A stretch of 64,000 nucleotides of DNA, taken from the IMG/VR virus record IMGVR_UViG_3300042868_007959, positions 1 to 64,000 of that record. One strand, 5' to 3'. Under the pieces are notes generated by a model. It was not told where the DNA came from. It did not search any database and saw only the letters and a list, made by a program, of their open reading frames with translations. Shown one piece after another: positions 53,796 to 63,076 of the stretch; the first letter of the stretch is position 1; every line of letters begins with the position of its first letter. The position numbers and the translations under genes are program-made.

Positions 53796-54664
53796 TCTAT
53801 ATATTTTTCTATATCATCTAAAGTTATTTCATTACCATTAATCACATCAATAATTTCATTTACTTTATTATTAAAATCCTCTTCGTAATCTACTTGAATA
53901 CTTTCCACATACTCCTTATCAAGAGTCATATAAATGTTTTTACTATTCCTTTCAAAAAAATCATCAACGTCACTATTTTCCCATTCTAATACATCCGTAG
54001 CAATAACCATATAACTAATCTCTTCCATCTGGTAATAATGATCTCTAGTGTGTTGTTCGCCAGCACCGTCGCAATAATCACAAGGGATTTTACCGCTACC
54101 ATCACAATCGTAACAAGTTTCATTTCCTGCACCACCACATTCACTACATTCTATTTCTTGTTCTTCACCTTCTCCATCTGTTTCTATTTTCATACCCTCT
54201 CCGTCACAATAACCACATTCTAAATTACCCTCTCCGTCACAATTTCTACATTCTACTTCACCACTACCGTGACACTCATCACATTGGTATGTTTCTTCAC
54301 GATAATCCTCTTCTATATTTGGACTAGTACAAGAAATGAATGTTAATCGGAACCCTTCCCCTGTTGAAATTCTATCAGTTAAAAAGTTGTTAACATCTAT
54401 ATTGATAAGATATAAAAATACAAGGTTTTTGGTGTCTTTATTTTCTAAAGATAACTCATGTTTAAAAAAATTTACTAATCTTTTATATTGGTTACTGTAA
54501 ATGATTGATGTGTCTGAAAAACAATCGTCACAATATACTTTTTGCCAAAAAAAATCTTTTAAATCTGGTTCCGAATTAGATAACATGTTTAAACATTTTC
54601 GATAAAAAATATTATCTAATTTAGATTGGTATGAACTTTCTTTAATTATATTAATAAACTTCAT
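53792..54664 (-). CDS. Leader MKFINIIKE + DnaJ-type zinc-finger repeats
   Basis: Six CxxCxGxG repeats; no J-domain HPD motif seen. Confidence 0.75.
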   Translation of the reverse strand: MKFINIIKESSYQSKLDNIFYRKCLNMLSNSEPDLKDFFWQKVYCDDCFSDTSIIYSNQYKRLVNFFKHELSLENKDTKNLVFLYLINIDVNNFLTDRISTGEGFRLTFISCTSPNIEEDYREETYQCDECHGSGEVECRNCDGEGNLECGYCDGEGMKIETDGEGEEQEIECSECGGAGNETCYDCDGSGKIPCDYCDGAGEQHTRDHYYQMEEISYMVIATDVLEWENSDVDDFFERNSKNIYMTLDKEYVESIQVDYEEDFNNKVNEIIDVINGNEITLDDIEKYIE

Positions 54665-54925
54665 TTATAGTTTTTTTACTTTTACTGTTAAATCCCCACT
54701 CCCTTTAATTACTCTATGATATACACCTTTAGGTATTAATGTTCTTTCAGTTAATGGTTTAGGTAGTTCGTTATCAATCTGGATCATCCAATCGGTATCT
54801 CCCACACTCTCTACAATTCTATCTTCCTTGTCTCTGTGCCACACTAATTCACTACTACCCACACTTTCAGAAAATTTTCTAACGTGATAACCATCTACAA
54901 TATTTTCATCAAAAGGAAAATCCAT
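54665..54925 (-). CDS. Small cupin-like protein
   Basis: LVWHRDKEDR..IPKGVYHRVIKG; start moved to MDFPF. Confidence 0.65.
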   Translation of the reverse strand: MDFPFDENIVDGYHVRKFSESVGSSELVWHRDKEDRIVESVGDTDWMIQIDNELPKPLTERTLIPKGVYHRVIKGSGDLTVKVKKL

Positions 54926-54926
54926 A

Positions 54927-55313
54927 TTATCTCTTTTTACGACCTTGACAATGTGCCCTTTGTGAAAACCCTTTTGGGTTATTACAGTCAATAGACTTTT
55001 TATATTTTTGTGACCACTTTTCTTCTAACATATCTGAAGACTTTTTTTCACCTTCTAATTTATTCATAAAGAAATCAAATACTTGATCAATATTAACCTT
55101 TGCTTCAGTTACATGATCATCTGCCCAATCATGACCATTGTTTAAAATGTCATTTACTTTATTCGGATCAAATTCTTTAATCATAATATCTAATTGTCTT
55201 CTCATTTGAGTTAGGTTACTGAAAAACATATAGTTTTCACCTTTAGATTCTTCATTTAAAGTTTCTCTTACTATTCTATAAAGATCCTTTTCTGTCAATG
55301 TTACTTTTTTCAT
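54927..55313 (-). CDS. Leader protein with a basic Cys-containing C-terminal peptide after LEE
   Basis: MKKVTLTEKDLYRIVRETLNE; MLEE|KWSQKYKKSIDCNNPKGFSQRAHCQGRKKR. Confidence 0.8.
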   Translation of the reverse strand: MKKVTLTEKDLYRIVRETLNEESKGENYMFFSNLTQMRRQLDIMIKEFDPNKVNDILNNGHDWADDHVTEAKVNIDQVFDFFMNKLEGEKKSSDMLEEKWSQKYKKSIDCNNPKGFSQRAHCQGRKKR

Positions 55314-55323
55314 ATTTTATTTT

Positions 55324-56088
55324 TTATAAACCTTGTTTTATTGATGCCTCTTGAGAACTAGAAGCGGTTTGTGGTACGCAGTCACCTAAACTATCATCTG
55401 ACATTACTGTCATTAACCCACCAATAAAGTCAGTCATTATGGAGTTAGCCAAACCACCTGTTTTTTCACCGAATTTTTTTCGTATACCATCAGATATTAT
55501 TGTTAACATCTGAGCACTAATAAACCCACCACCTAAAGCTTTTAAAATTGTTTTTGCAATATTTTTTAAGAACCCTTTTTGTTGGTTGTACCTTCTATAC
55601 ATCATCTCAATCGCATCATCTATAGTAAAATTATTTGATTCTTCTTTAGTCAATAAATTGTTAGTAATTAACTCATTTTTCATATCAGTATAAACTCTTT
55701 GGAATAAGTCATATATTTGATTTTTTACTGGTTCCATTCTTTCTGCTGCTAAAGTACCAGGTTTTCTACCTTTCCTACAATCTTCCGCATTTAAATCTTC
55801 TAATCTACCAAATAATGAACCCAAAGGTTCTATTATAGTTTGTAGTTGTGTTCTATAATTACCTAAATTAGCTGATTTCATATCCTCAGCAAATTTTGCC
55901 AAAGATTTTTCTAAATTAGGTAAATTGTCTACATCTGCCGTTTGCGTCGCCTGTTTCTCACTACCGACTGTTTTATTTTTACTTACCCTAGATAGTATAA
56001 GTTTTGCCTTATCTAAAAAATTTTCAGATATTAAAGATTTATTTTTTATTAATCTTCTAAATTGTCTCTCACTAATAATAATTTTCAT
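55324..56088 (-). CDS. Hypothetical protein with leader MKIIISERQF..LISE
   Basis: ORF track. Confidence 0.8.
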   Translation of the reverse strand: MKIIISERQFRRLIKNKSLISENFLDKAKLILSRVSKNKTVGSEKQATQTADVDNLPNLEKSLAKFAEDMKSANLGNYRTQLQTIIEPLGSLFGRLEDLNAEDCRKGRKPGTLAAERMEPVKNQIYDLFQRVYTDMKNELITNNLLTKEESNNFTIDDAIEMMYRRYNQQKGFLKNIAKTILKALGGGFISAQMLTIISDGIRKKFGEKTGGLANSIMTDFIGGLMTVMSDDSLGDCVPQTASSSQEASIKQGL

Positions 56089-56100
56089 AATTCTTTTTTT

Positions 56101-57669
56101 TTACCACCAAGTTCCTCCACCTGACAATCCTAATTGTTTTGCGTATCTTGGTAATCTACAACTCCAATAGCCCGCACTACATTTATCATTTTTTTGAGTA
56201 CAATTATGTCTGTCCGCAAATGCTTTCCTAGCTTTAGGGTCTCTAAGTTTAACTGCGAGATTACCCCCACCTGACTTAGCCCCAAAAGAAACTTTCTTAA
56301 CTTTATCGTTACACATAACATAAACATAAAATTTCTTAGAACCACCTCTTTTAGGTTTACTAAGTTCTACTTTTTTACCTTTATATTCTGCCTCATTTAA
56401 ATTATATTCCTCATTTGGTATATCTAACCACACTAATTTACCTTCATAAATTCCTTGTTTACCTATATCTGTTTTAATAATTTCTAAATCATTATGAGAA
56501 AGATCGACTCCACCTTTTTGATATACTTCCCTAACCTCATTGATAAGGTTGAAGAAGGATTCGCTACCATACCTATATACTGTTTCTGTCAGAGGTATTT
56601 GATTATCAATGTGATATTTTAAACCTTCACTTATAATAGATTTACTTTCCGTTATTAACATTCTATCGTAGTTTAAAGACTCATTCTTTTTAGATTTATA
56701 CCCTTTAACTTTAATAGGACTAGGTGTTTGACCTTTACCTGATTTACCATCTGTTTTTTCTCTTTCTCTCTTACGTCTACATGCAGAATCTTTAGACTCT
56801 TGACTCATGTTCGCCGCCACACTCTTTGCTCTACAAACTGGATACCCACCTTTGTCGGAATCACCTCTTCCACATTCAGGATGTCCACCACCTTCTTTTT
56901 TTCTACATATATTAACCCAAGGTCCTTGTGGTTGTTTAGTCCCTTTATTTTTTTTCTTTGTTCCAAACCAAACCGCCAAATCTTCATGTATTTCTATATT
57001 GTGAAATGAATCTAAATCTTGTGCCATTTCAGGTGACCAAGACTCATTAGTTTTACCAGAGCAATAACTCCCACTACATCTTTTTTTACCATCTAACCCC
57101 GCAATTGTACCTTTACAAACTTGAACTGCGTGTCCATTAGCGTAAGCAGAAGGGTAAACATCGTATTTAGATTTGGCAGAACTTACACCTCTAGCACAAA
57201 GTTTATTAGATTTTTTCTTTTTTCTTTCATCTAATCTTTCTGTATCTTCCTCATCTTCTTTCTCATTACTAGACGGCATAATACTTATACCATATTTGTT
57301 TAATATCTTCTCAAGTGCAATAGGAATCGCCATAGACACTGCTCCCATACTCATAACTGCCACTATCTTTGCAATATCTTTAGATTGTGCCTTTAAAAAC
57401 TCAATATCCTTTTCAGATACCTCTTTTTTGGATAATAAGTCACCTAAAATCTTTACCGCTTTAACAGTTTCACTTTTTTCTCTTTTTGCTATCTTAACAA
57501 AATTTTTCCATGAGTTAATCATATCATCTTTTTTGTTATTTAAAAAAGATTTCATTTTTTCACCAAACTCATTAACTACTTTAGGTTCTTCTTCTGAAAA
57601 TAATCCAGTTGACTTATTATCAAACCTCATTTCATTAAATAGTTTTTTTAATTTTTCTCTATCTATCAT
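56101..57669 (-). CDS. Mosaic polyprotein of basic Cys-rich modules separated by (I/L)xE sites
   Basis: LDE|RKKKK..YPSAYAN; IHE|DLAVWF; LITE|S; LNE|AEYKGKKV..RHNC..AGYWSC. Confidence 0.75.
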   Translation of the reverse strand: MIDREKLKKLFNEMRFDNKSTGLFSEEEPKVVNEFGEKMKSFLNNKKDDMINSWKNFVKIAKREKSETVKAVKILGDLLSKKEVSEKDIEFLKAQSKDIAKIVAVMSMGAVSMAIPIALEKILNKYGISIMPSSNEKEDEEDTERLDERKKKKSNKLCARGVSSAKSKYDVYPSAYANGHAVQVCKGTIAGLDGKKRCSGSYCSGKTNESWSPEMAQDLDSFHNIEIHEDLAVWFGTKKKNKGTKQPQGPWVNICRKKEGGGHPECGRGDSDKGGYPVCRAKSVAANMSQESKDSACRRKREREKTDGKSGKGQTPSPIKVKGYKSKKNESLNYDRMLITESKSIISEGLKYHIDNQIPLTETVYRYGSESFFNLINEVREVYQKGGVDLSHNDLEIIKTDIGKQGIYEGKLVWLDIPNEEYNLNEAEYKGKKVELSKPKRGGSKKFYVYVMCNDKVKKVSFGAKSGGGNLAVKLRDPKARKAFADRHNCTQKNDKCSAGYWSCRLPRYAKQLGLSGGGTWW

Positions 57670-57677
57670 ACTTATAA

Positions 57678-58766
57678 TTAATCTATTCTATATATATAAT
57701 AATATTCCCCATTGTATCTTTCATAACTTTCATTACCATCATAAGATGCTAATGTGACACCTCTATCTTCATTTTCAGCCAAATAAGACTCTAATCCTGA
57801 CTCATCAAAATCGTAGTAGTATCGTATTGCATCTTCTTTAGACAACCCAAATTCGTCAGTAAAATAAGATAAACCACCATCTATTACCCTTTCTCTTATC
57901 TCTTCATCATATTTTTCAATCAACTCCTCTCTAGCAGTATCAACTAAACTATCTAGTTCAGATTTCTTATCTTCTAATTGGTCCCCTAAAGTTTCCATTT
58001 CAGAACTTAATTCTCTCATTTTAATAGTTACATCGTCAATAGCTGAATCGTTTTCACCCTCTTCATTATCTTCTTCTAGATCACTCATCTCATCGTCTAA
58101 ATCAGATATTTCTGATTCAATCTCCTCAATTCTATATTCGATATTACTTATTTGTTCCTCAAATTCATCTTTATCGTATCCTGCTTCAGAAATTATATCA
58201 TCATCATCCATATCATCTACCCTATAATTTGCTTCTTCAGATGCGAAATGACTAAGACTATAATCATTAAGTTCGATATAGTCTTCAATTAGTGATGTAT
58301 CGATATTATCATACCCACCTTGATTGTCTACCCATCCATCAAAATACTTCTCCATTGCCGATGCAACGTCACTATCTGTCCCAACTGCAAATTTTTCATC
58401 ATCTTCTATATTACGGAAAACTTTTAACCCATAGTGTTCTTCATCGGTGTCTTCTATCATAATAGGAGGTAAATTTGCCCACTCCGACAAAGCTGCATGT
58501 TCATCATAGTAGTTAGAAATGTCATCAATATCATCTAAATCTGAATCTGTAACCCCTTCATAATTACCATCTTCATTAAAATTGTTTACAAATAAATGTA
58601 ACAATTCTAATTTTAGTGTCATATCCTCAATATTCAAAGTTTTTGTTAAAAATCCCCATATATCAGAAACATCATCAGTCTCACCTAAAGAAAGTGTCAT
58701 TGCCCTAAGAACTCTTTTATGTATTGGTAAAATGGTATTTTCAGTTATAAGTTTACTTAATTTCAT
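57678..58766 (-). CDS. Leader MKLSKLITE + acidic coiled-coil protein
   Basis: Similar to 52665..53795; TATTTAT at 58793-58800. Confidence 0.8.
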   Translation of the reverse strand: MKLSKLITENTILPIHKRVLRAMTLSLGETDDVSDIWGFLTKTLNIEDMTLKLELLHLFVNNFNEDGNYEGVTDSDLDDIDDISNYYDEHAALSEWANLPPIMIEDTDEEHYGLKVFRNIEDDEKFAVGTDSDVASAMEKYFDGWVDNQGGYDNIDTSLIEDYIELNDYSLSHFASEEANYRVDDMDDDDIISEAGYDKDEFEEQISNIEYRIEEIESEISDLDDEMSDLEEDNEEGENDSAIDDVTIKMRELSSEMETLGDQLEDKKSELDSLVDTAREELIEKYDEEIRERVIDGGLSYFTDEFGLSKEDAIRYYYDFDESGLESYLAENEDRGVTLASYDGNESYERYNGEYYYIYRID

Positions 58767-58840
58767 TTTTTTTAATATTTACATTTATATTAATAAATAT
58801 TACTTTTATAAGTAAAATAAACAATATTAAATATTTTATT

Positions 58841-59029
58841 ATGTTAATTGTTAATGTCAAAGGTGGTAATATAGAAAGAGCCTTAAAAGAACTTAAAGGA
58901 AAGTTCATAAAAACAAATATTGCGAAGGAATGTACAAACAGAAAAGAGTACGTAAAAAAGTCTATTATAGAAAGACAACAAGTACAAAAGGCACAGTACA
59001 TTCAAAATAAAAAAAGAAATAACGAGTAA
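58841..59029 (+). CDS. rpsU: Ribosomal protein bS21
   Basis: MLIVNV..NIERALK..K.KF..R..Y.K.S..R....KAQYIQ matches Bacteroidota bS21. Confidence 0.85.
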   Translation: MLIVNVKGGNIERALKELKGKFIKTNIAKECTNRKEYVKKSIIERQQVQKAQYIQNKKRNNE

Positions 59030-59524
59030 ATGGAAAAAGGAGTTTTAAATTTATTGAACGAACAAATATGGTTCGAAAATAGAGCGTCTCATTATTATTT
59101 AAACCTATCGGTTTTATGTGAGTCAAAAGGTTTTAAAGGTATATCTAAATTTTTTAGAGAACAGTCTAATGAAGAAAGAGAACATATGTTAAAGATATGT
59201 GATTACATTTTAGAACGAGATCAAAAACCAATTATTCCGTCAAATACGTTTTTAGATGATAGTGAATTAGATTTCGATAACATCTTAAAGATATTTGAGG
59301 ATAGTCTTTTTAACGAAAGAGAAATCACTAATTCATTTCATAAAATTATCATAACTTGTAGAGAATTAGGGGATTTCACAACTGAAAACTTCATCCAATG
59401 GTTTATAGAAGAACAAAGAGAAGAAGAATCTAAATTTAAGTCCCTAATTGATGAATTAAAGATTATAGGTAGTAACACCACAAGTGGGTCTGCATTATAT
59501 TTATTTGATAAAAATATTTCTTAA
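59030..59524 (+). CDS. ftnA: Non-heme ferritin
   Basis: LNEQIWFENRASHYY, FFREQSNEEREHM, WFIEEQREEE ferroxidase residues. Confidence 0.9.
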   Translation: MEKGVLNLLNEQIWFENRASHYYLNLSVLCESKGFKGISKFFREQSNEEREHMLKICDYILERDQKPIIPSNTFLDDSELDFDNILKIFEDSLFNEREITNSFHKIIITCRELGDFTTENFIQWFIEEQREEESKFKSLIDELKIIGSNTTSGSALYLFDKNIS

Positions 59525-59709
59525 ATTATTTTTACATAAATATATATCATATCTAAAGATTCAACAAACTTTATATCACCACCTAACCCCTTTTTTTGTG
59601 CCTTAATTTTATAACTATCATAGATAACATCAAAATTATCTTCTAATTCTTCTGTCATTATTTTCCCTAAATAGAATAATGCTTTATCGTTTTGAACTTC
59701 ATTTTTCAT
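59521..59709 (-). CDS. Small hypothetical protein
   Basis: ORF track; TATTTATA at 59726-59734. Confidence 0.65.
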   Translation of the reverse strand: MKNEVQNDKALFYLGKIMTEELEDNFDVIYDSYKIKAQKKGLGGDIKFVESLDMIYIYVKII

Positions 59710-59743
59710 TTCTCACCCATTTAGATATAAATATCTTAAAGGG

Positions 59744-61699
59744 TTAAAATGGTCTATTGATATTTATAATGGGAGTTCTATTTTCAACTACCTCTTCTGT
59801 TGGTAAATCATCTACACCCCAGTATTCTCCTATCATATCTTGTTCTACTTCAGGTACTTCTTCTAATCGGATGTAAGGGTTATGTACCGCATTTATCTGG
59901 AAAATTGAGGACGTATTATTTTCACTACTTTCATCTTTTAATGATATTAAAAATCCCCTATTCAATAGTTCTATATCCCCAAAAGATTTTATTTTTTTAT
60001 CGTACCCATCAGTAAACCTCTTTTTATTTATTTTATTAACCAATAGATTACCAATAGTCTTATGGTATTCAGTAGTTTCTTTATTACAATACGATAATAT
60101 CTGGATCATTCTAAACATTAACTGATTATCTTCTAATTCTATTTCCAAAGCTGACATATTATTAGGTGTGATAATCACAAATATTTTAGTCTTACCACTA
60201 GCAATCTTCAATTTATAATTCTGAGCATCATTATTAATACAATTCTTAAGTTTATTACCTGCCCATCTCATATCCAACTCAGAAGTTAACTCCTTAATTT
60301 TTATATCATATGGTAGGTTTAACTCATCAAAAACAATTGGTTCAATTATATTGGCTGAATATTTTTCTTTTTCTTTATCTAATTCTTGTTTCATATTTTC
60401 ATATGTAGGTTTAATCAAAATATTCCTACTTAATAATGATTTTTGTAGTAATGGTGATACCCATTCTCCATCTGAATTAAATAATTTATTAATACTCTTT
60501 ACAAAATTATAGGATTCTTGTGCATTCATTTTAAATTTAAAAATGATATATAGTAACCATCTTTCAGAATCTACCATTTTATCAATATATTGTATATGTG
60601 ATAAATCAAAATCACAATTATGGTATTGGTTATTTGTTAGACAAAGCATCTTAGAGAAATGACTATTTTTTAATATCAATTCTGCCTTAAACTTTTGTTT
60701 TTTGTTAATATCATTTTTAGTTAAATTATATGCCCCCATAAATGTTAACGGGTTAAATGATAATTGTTCTAAAATACCAAATATTAGTTCATTCTTTTTA
60801 TTATATTTTTTAGGTGTAAGTGACCATATAATATCATTATATTTCGCCCAATTACCTAATACCTCTGTTGGTATAGTATATTTGGGGTTTAACCACTTAA
60901 CACTTTCAGGAATTACTACATCATTAGGATTGGATCTATAAGCCCAAGTAGATTTCTTATGATCAAAGTATTTAATTAATGAGAAATACTCCTTCAATTT
61001 AGAATAGTATTTCATATACATATCTTTATACTTAGAACCAAAATATACTCCAAATGAACGTCTAGACATTCTAACAATATTCTCTACTATTAAGGGTTGA
61101 CTTAATAACTCCATACACGAATCTACATTACAAAAACAATTTAGTTCGTCCATCTTTTTAAACAATCTTATTGCAGTATGTGCAGGTGTGTATATCGCAG
61201 TAACCTCTAATTGTTTATTTTCTAAAAAACTTTTAAAGTCCTCAGTATATATAAGAATGTTAGTTGTTAAATCAATACCAACTTGACAACAATTAAAATC
61301 GAACCCATTTAAAATGTATTCATAATCTGTTTTGGGTGAAGACAGTGAAGAATTCTTCCTAATATAAATGTTATTCAGATACCCATCTCTATCTACTTTA
61401 ACTATTTGGTATGTGGTGTTAGTATCATACGCCATTTTAGTAACCATATACCCATCACCTTCAATGTTCAATGAGTTAGTTCTAACTGGCGCATTTGACG
61501 ATGGACTATCATATCCCTTATCCTCAATAAATATATCTAAATCGTTTATAGGGTAATTACCACCCCAAACCATATTTAAGATAGTATTCGCCACTGCACC
61601 ACCAGCCAAAAATCCGCTACTAGGGATGTTGTCATACTTACTCAATTCAATTAGTATCTCACTAACTAAAGATTTTTTTTCTAAAACATTATTCATCAT
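59744..61699 (-). CDS. Nucleotidyltransferase (CCA/poly(A)-polymerase-like head) with a PcfJ-like C-terminal domain
   Basis: FLAGGAV..NDLDIF; FDFNCCQ; DMRWAGNKLKNCI..ALEI. Confidence 0.7.
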   Translation of the reverse strand: MMNNVLEKKSLVSEILIELSKYDNIPSSGFLAGGAVANTILNMVWGGNYPINDLDIFIEDKGYDSPSSNAPVRTNSLNIEGDGYMVTKMAYDTNTTYQIVKVDRDGYLNNIYIRKNSSLSSPKTDYEYILNGFDFNCCQVGIDLTTNILIYTEDFKSFLENKQLEVTAIYTPAHTAIRLFKKMDELNCFCNVDSCMELLSQPLIVENIVRMSRRSFGVYFGSKYKDMYMKYYSKLKEYFSLIKYFDHKKSTWAYRSNPNDVVIPESVKWLNPKYTIPTEVLGNWAKYNDIIWSLTPKKYNKKNELIFGILEQLSFNPLTFMGAYNLTKNDINKKQKFKAELILKNSHFSKMLCLTNNQYHNCDFDLSHIQYIDKMVDSERWLLYIIFKFKMNAQESYNFVKSINKLFNSDGEWVSPLLQKSLLSRNILIKPTYENMKQELDKEKEKYSANIIEPIVFDELNLPYDIKIKELTSELDMRWAGNKLKNCINNDAQNYKLKIASGKTKIFVIITPNNMSALEIELEDNQLMFRMIQILSYCNKETTEYHKTIGNLLVNKINKKRFTDGYDKKIKSFGDIELLNRGFLISLKDESSENNTSSIFQINAVHNPYIRLEEVPEVEQDMIGEYWGVDDLPTEEVVENRTPIININRPF

Positions 61700-61880
61700 C
61701 TTTATTGTTTTTATAGTTCTTATACAAAAAAAAGGAAGGTATTGTTATACCTAAAAATAAAATAATATACAATATTATTGGGTAAATTATTATTATAGTT
61801 AAAAATAGGCAAAAACATATGACACCTATTAAAGAATAAAATCTAATTTTACCCCTATCTATTTTATCAAAATCAAACAT
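61689..61880 (-). CDS. Small membrane protein
   Basis: Long hydrophobic segment. Confidence 0.65.
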   Translation of the reverse strand: MFDFDKIDRGKIRFYSLIGVICFCLFLTIIIIYPIILYIILFLGITIPSFFLYKNYKNNKDDE

Positions 61881-61881
61881 A

Positions 61882-62850
61882 TTACATTATATCTTCTAAA
61901 TAATTTTTCACCTCGTTGGAGATTTCTCTTCTACTCGCACCAATTGTAATTAAATCAACTACCATATCTACAATTTCATCTGATATGGTATTGATGAAAT
62001 CATCATCATTATCGTCATCATCACCTATAAATGGTGAATAACTATTACTATATGTTTCAGTAATTATTTTTTTCTTATGAATATATTTTATATTACCCAA
62101 ATGAGAAATTAATTTTTCACCTGCAATGAGAGAATCTGATACTTCACTGATAACCACATATTCTTGATTAGTATGTTGTTTGTAATAACCACAACCCAAA
62201 TTAAGACAGTTGAAGTCGTATTTAGTTGCCAATTGATTAACGTCAGTAAATGGATCATTACTAAATTTAGTATAACCAGATTCGTTTAAAGTCGCCTTAA
62301 TTTTATCCTTAAAATCTAAATCGAAAAGATTAACTCCCCAACAAACTTCACTTATCCAATTATTAGATGGTGCATCAAACTGAATTGCGTACCCCACATT
62401 ATCAAAGAAGGCATCATCAGATTCTTTAGAACCTTTCATACCTATCTCTTCTTCAACAAAGAAAGCCCCTTTTAAGTTATCGAATTTGTTGAAGAGTTCT
62501 AAACAAACAAAGACACCACACTTATCATCCCCACCAATACCTGTTTGTATTTCTGTAGTGGGATGAAAGGCAATTAGATTATCGTCATTTTCTTTAATGA
62601 TTAGACGTTCTTTATTTTCAATTAAGGTAATATGTGATCTATGAACTGTATCCATATGTGAAACGACACAAGGGAAATGTTCTTGCGGATAGGTTACCAT
62701 ACCCTTAGTAAGATAGAGATTACCTTTTTTATCGGTGTAATACTCTATACCGTTAGTTTTTGCAAACTCTATTATGTAGTCTCTAACCATACTTTCATCA
62801 CCAGATATTGATGGTAGGGACAAAACTTCTTTTAAAAAATCTAAATTCAT
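61882..62850 (-). CDS. Zinc peptidase, M20/M28/M42 clan
   Basis: SISGDE, SHMDTV, GGDDKCG, VEEEIG, QFD. Confidence 0.88.
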   Translation of the reverse strand: MNLDFLKEVLSLPSISGDESMVRDYIIEFAKTNGIEYYTDKKGNLYLTKGMVTYPQEHFPCVVSHMDTVHRSHITLIENKERLIIKENDDNLIAFHPTTEIQTGIGGDDKCGVFVCLELFNKFDNLKGAFFVEEEIGMKGSKESDDAFFDNVGYAIQFDAPSNNWISEVCWGVNLFDLDFKDKIKATLNESGYTKFSNDPFTDVNQLATKYDFNCLNLGCGYYKQHTNQEYVVISEVSDSLIAGEKLISHLGNIKYIHKKKIITETYSNSYSPFIGDDDDNDDDFINTISDEIVDMVVDLITIGASRREISNEVKNYLEDIM

Positions 62851-62864
62851 ATCTTATTTTTAGA

Positions 62865-62896
62865 CAAATATATGGAATAGATTCCGAATAACCAAA
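62865..62896 (-). promoter_or_regulatory. Bacteroidota primary-sigma promoter
   Basis: TTTG-N20-TATATTTG. Confidence 0.85.
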
Positions 62897-62974
62897 TTTT
62901 TATTGATTTATTATTTACAAAATAATATTAATACTGATATTTATAATAATAACATTTTAAAAAAACTTAATCAA

Positions 62975-63076
62975 ATGGGTTGCGGTTGTAAAAAGAAAAA
63001 ACCAGTGGTTACTACTCAAAGTAGTAATCAAAGTACTACTCAAAGTAGTAATCAGTCAAATAATAGTGGTAACTAA
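62975..63076 (+). CDS. 33-aa peptide MGCGCKKKKPVV(TTQSSNQS)2NNSGN
   Basis: Manual translation; own TATTTATA at 62937-62944; below the ORF-track cutoff. Confidence 0.65.
   Translation: MGCGCKKKKPVVTTQSSNQSTTQSSNQSNNSGN

Noticed and set aside
53792-54664. DnaJ chaperone
   Set aside because: Only the zinc-finger repeats are present; no J-domain or HPD motif
62975-63076. Eukaryotic N-myristoylation signal implying a giant eukaryotic virus
   Set aside because: Promoters, endolysin, bS21 and sigma factor all indicate a bacteriophage of Bacteroidota
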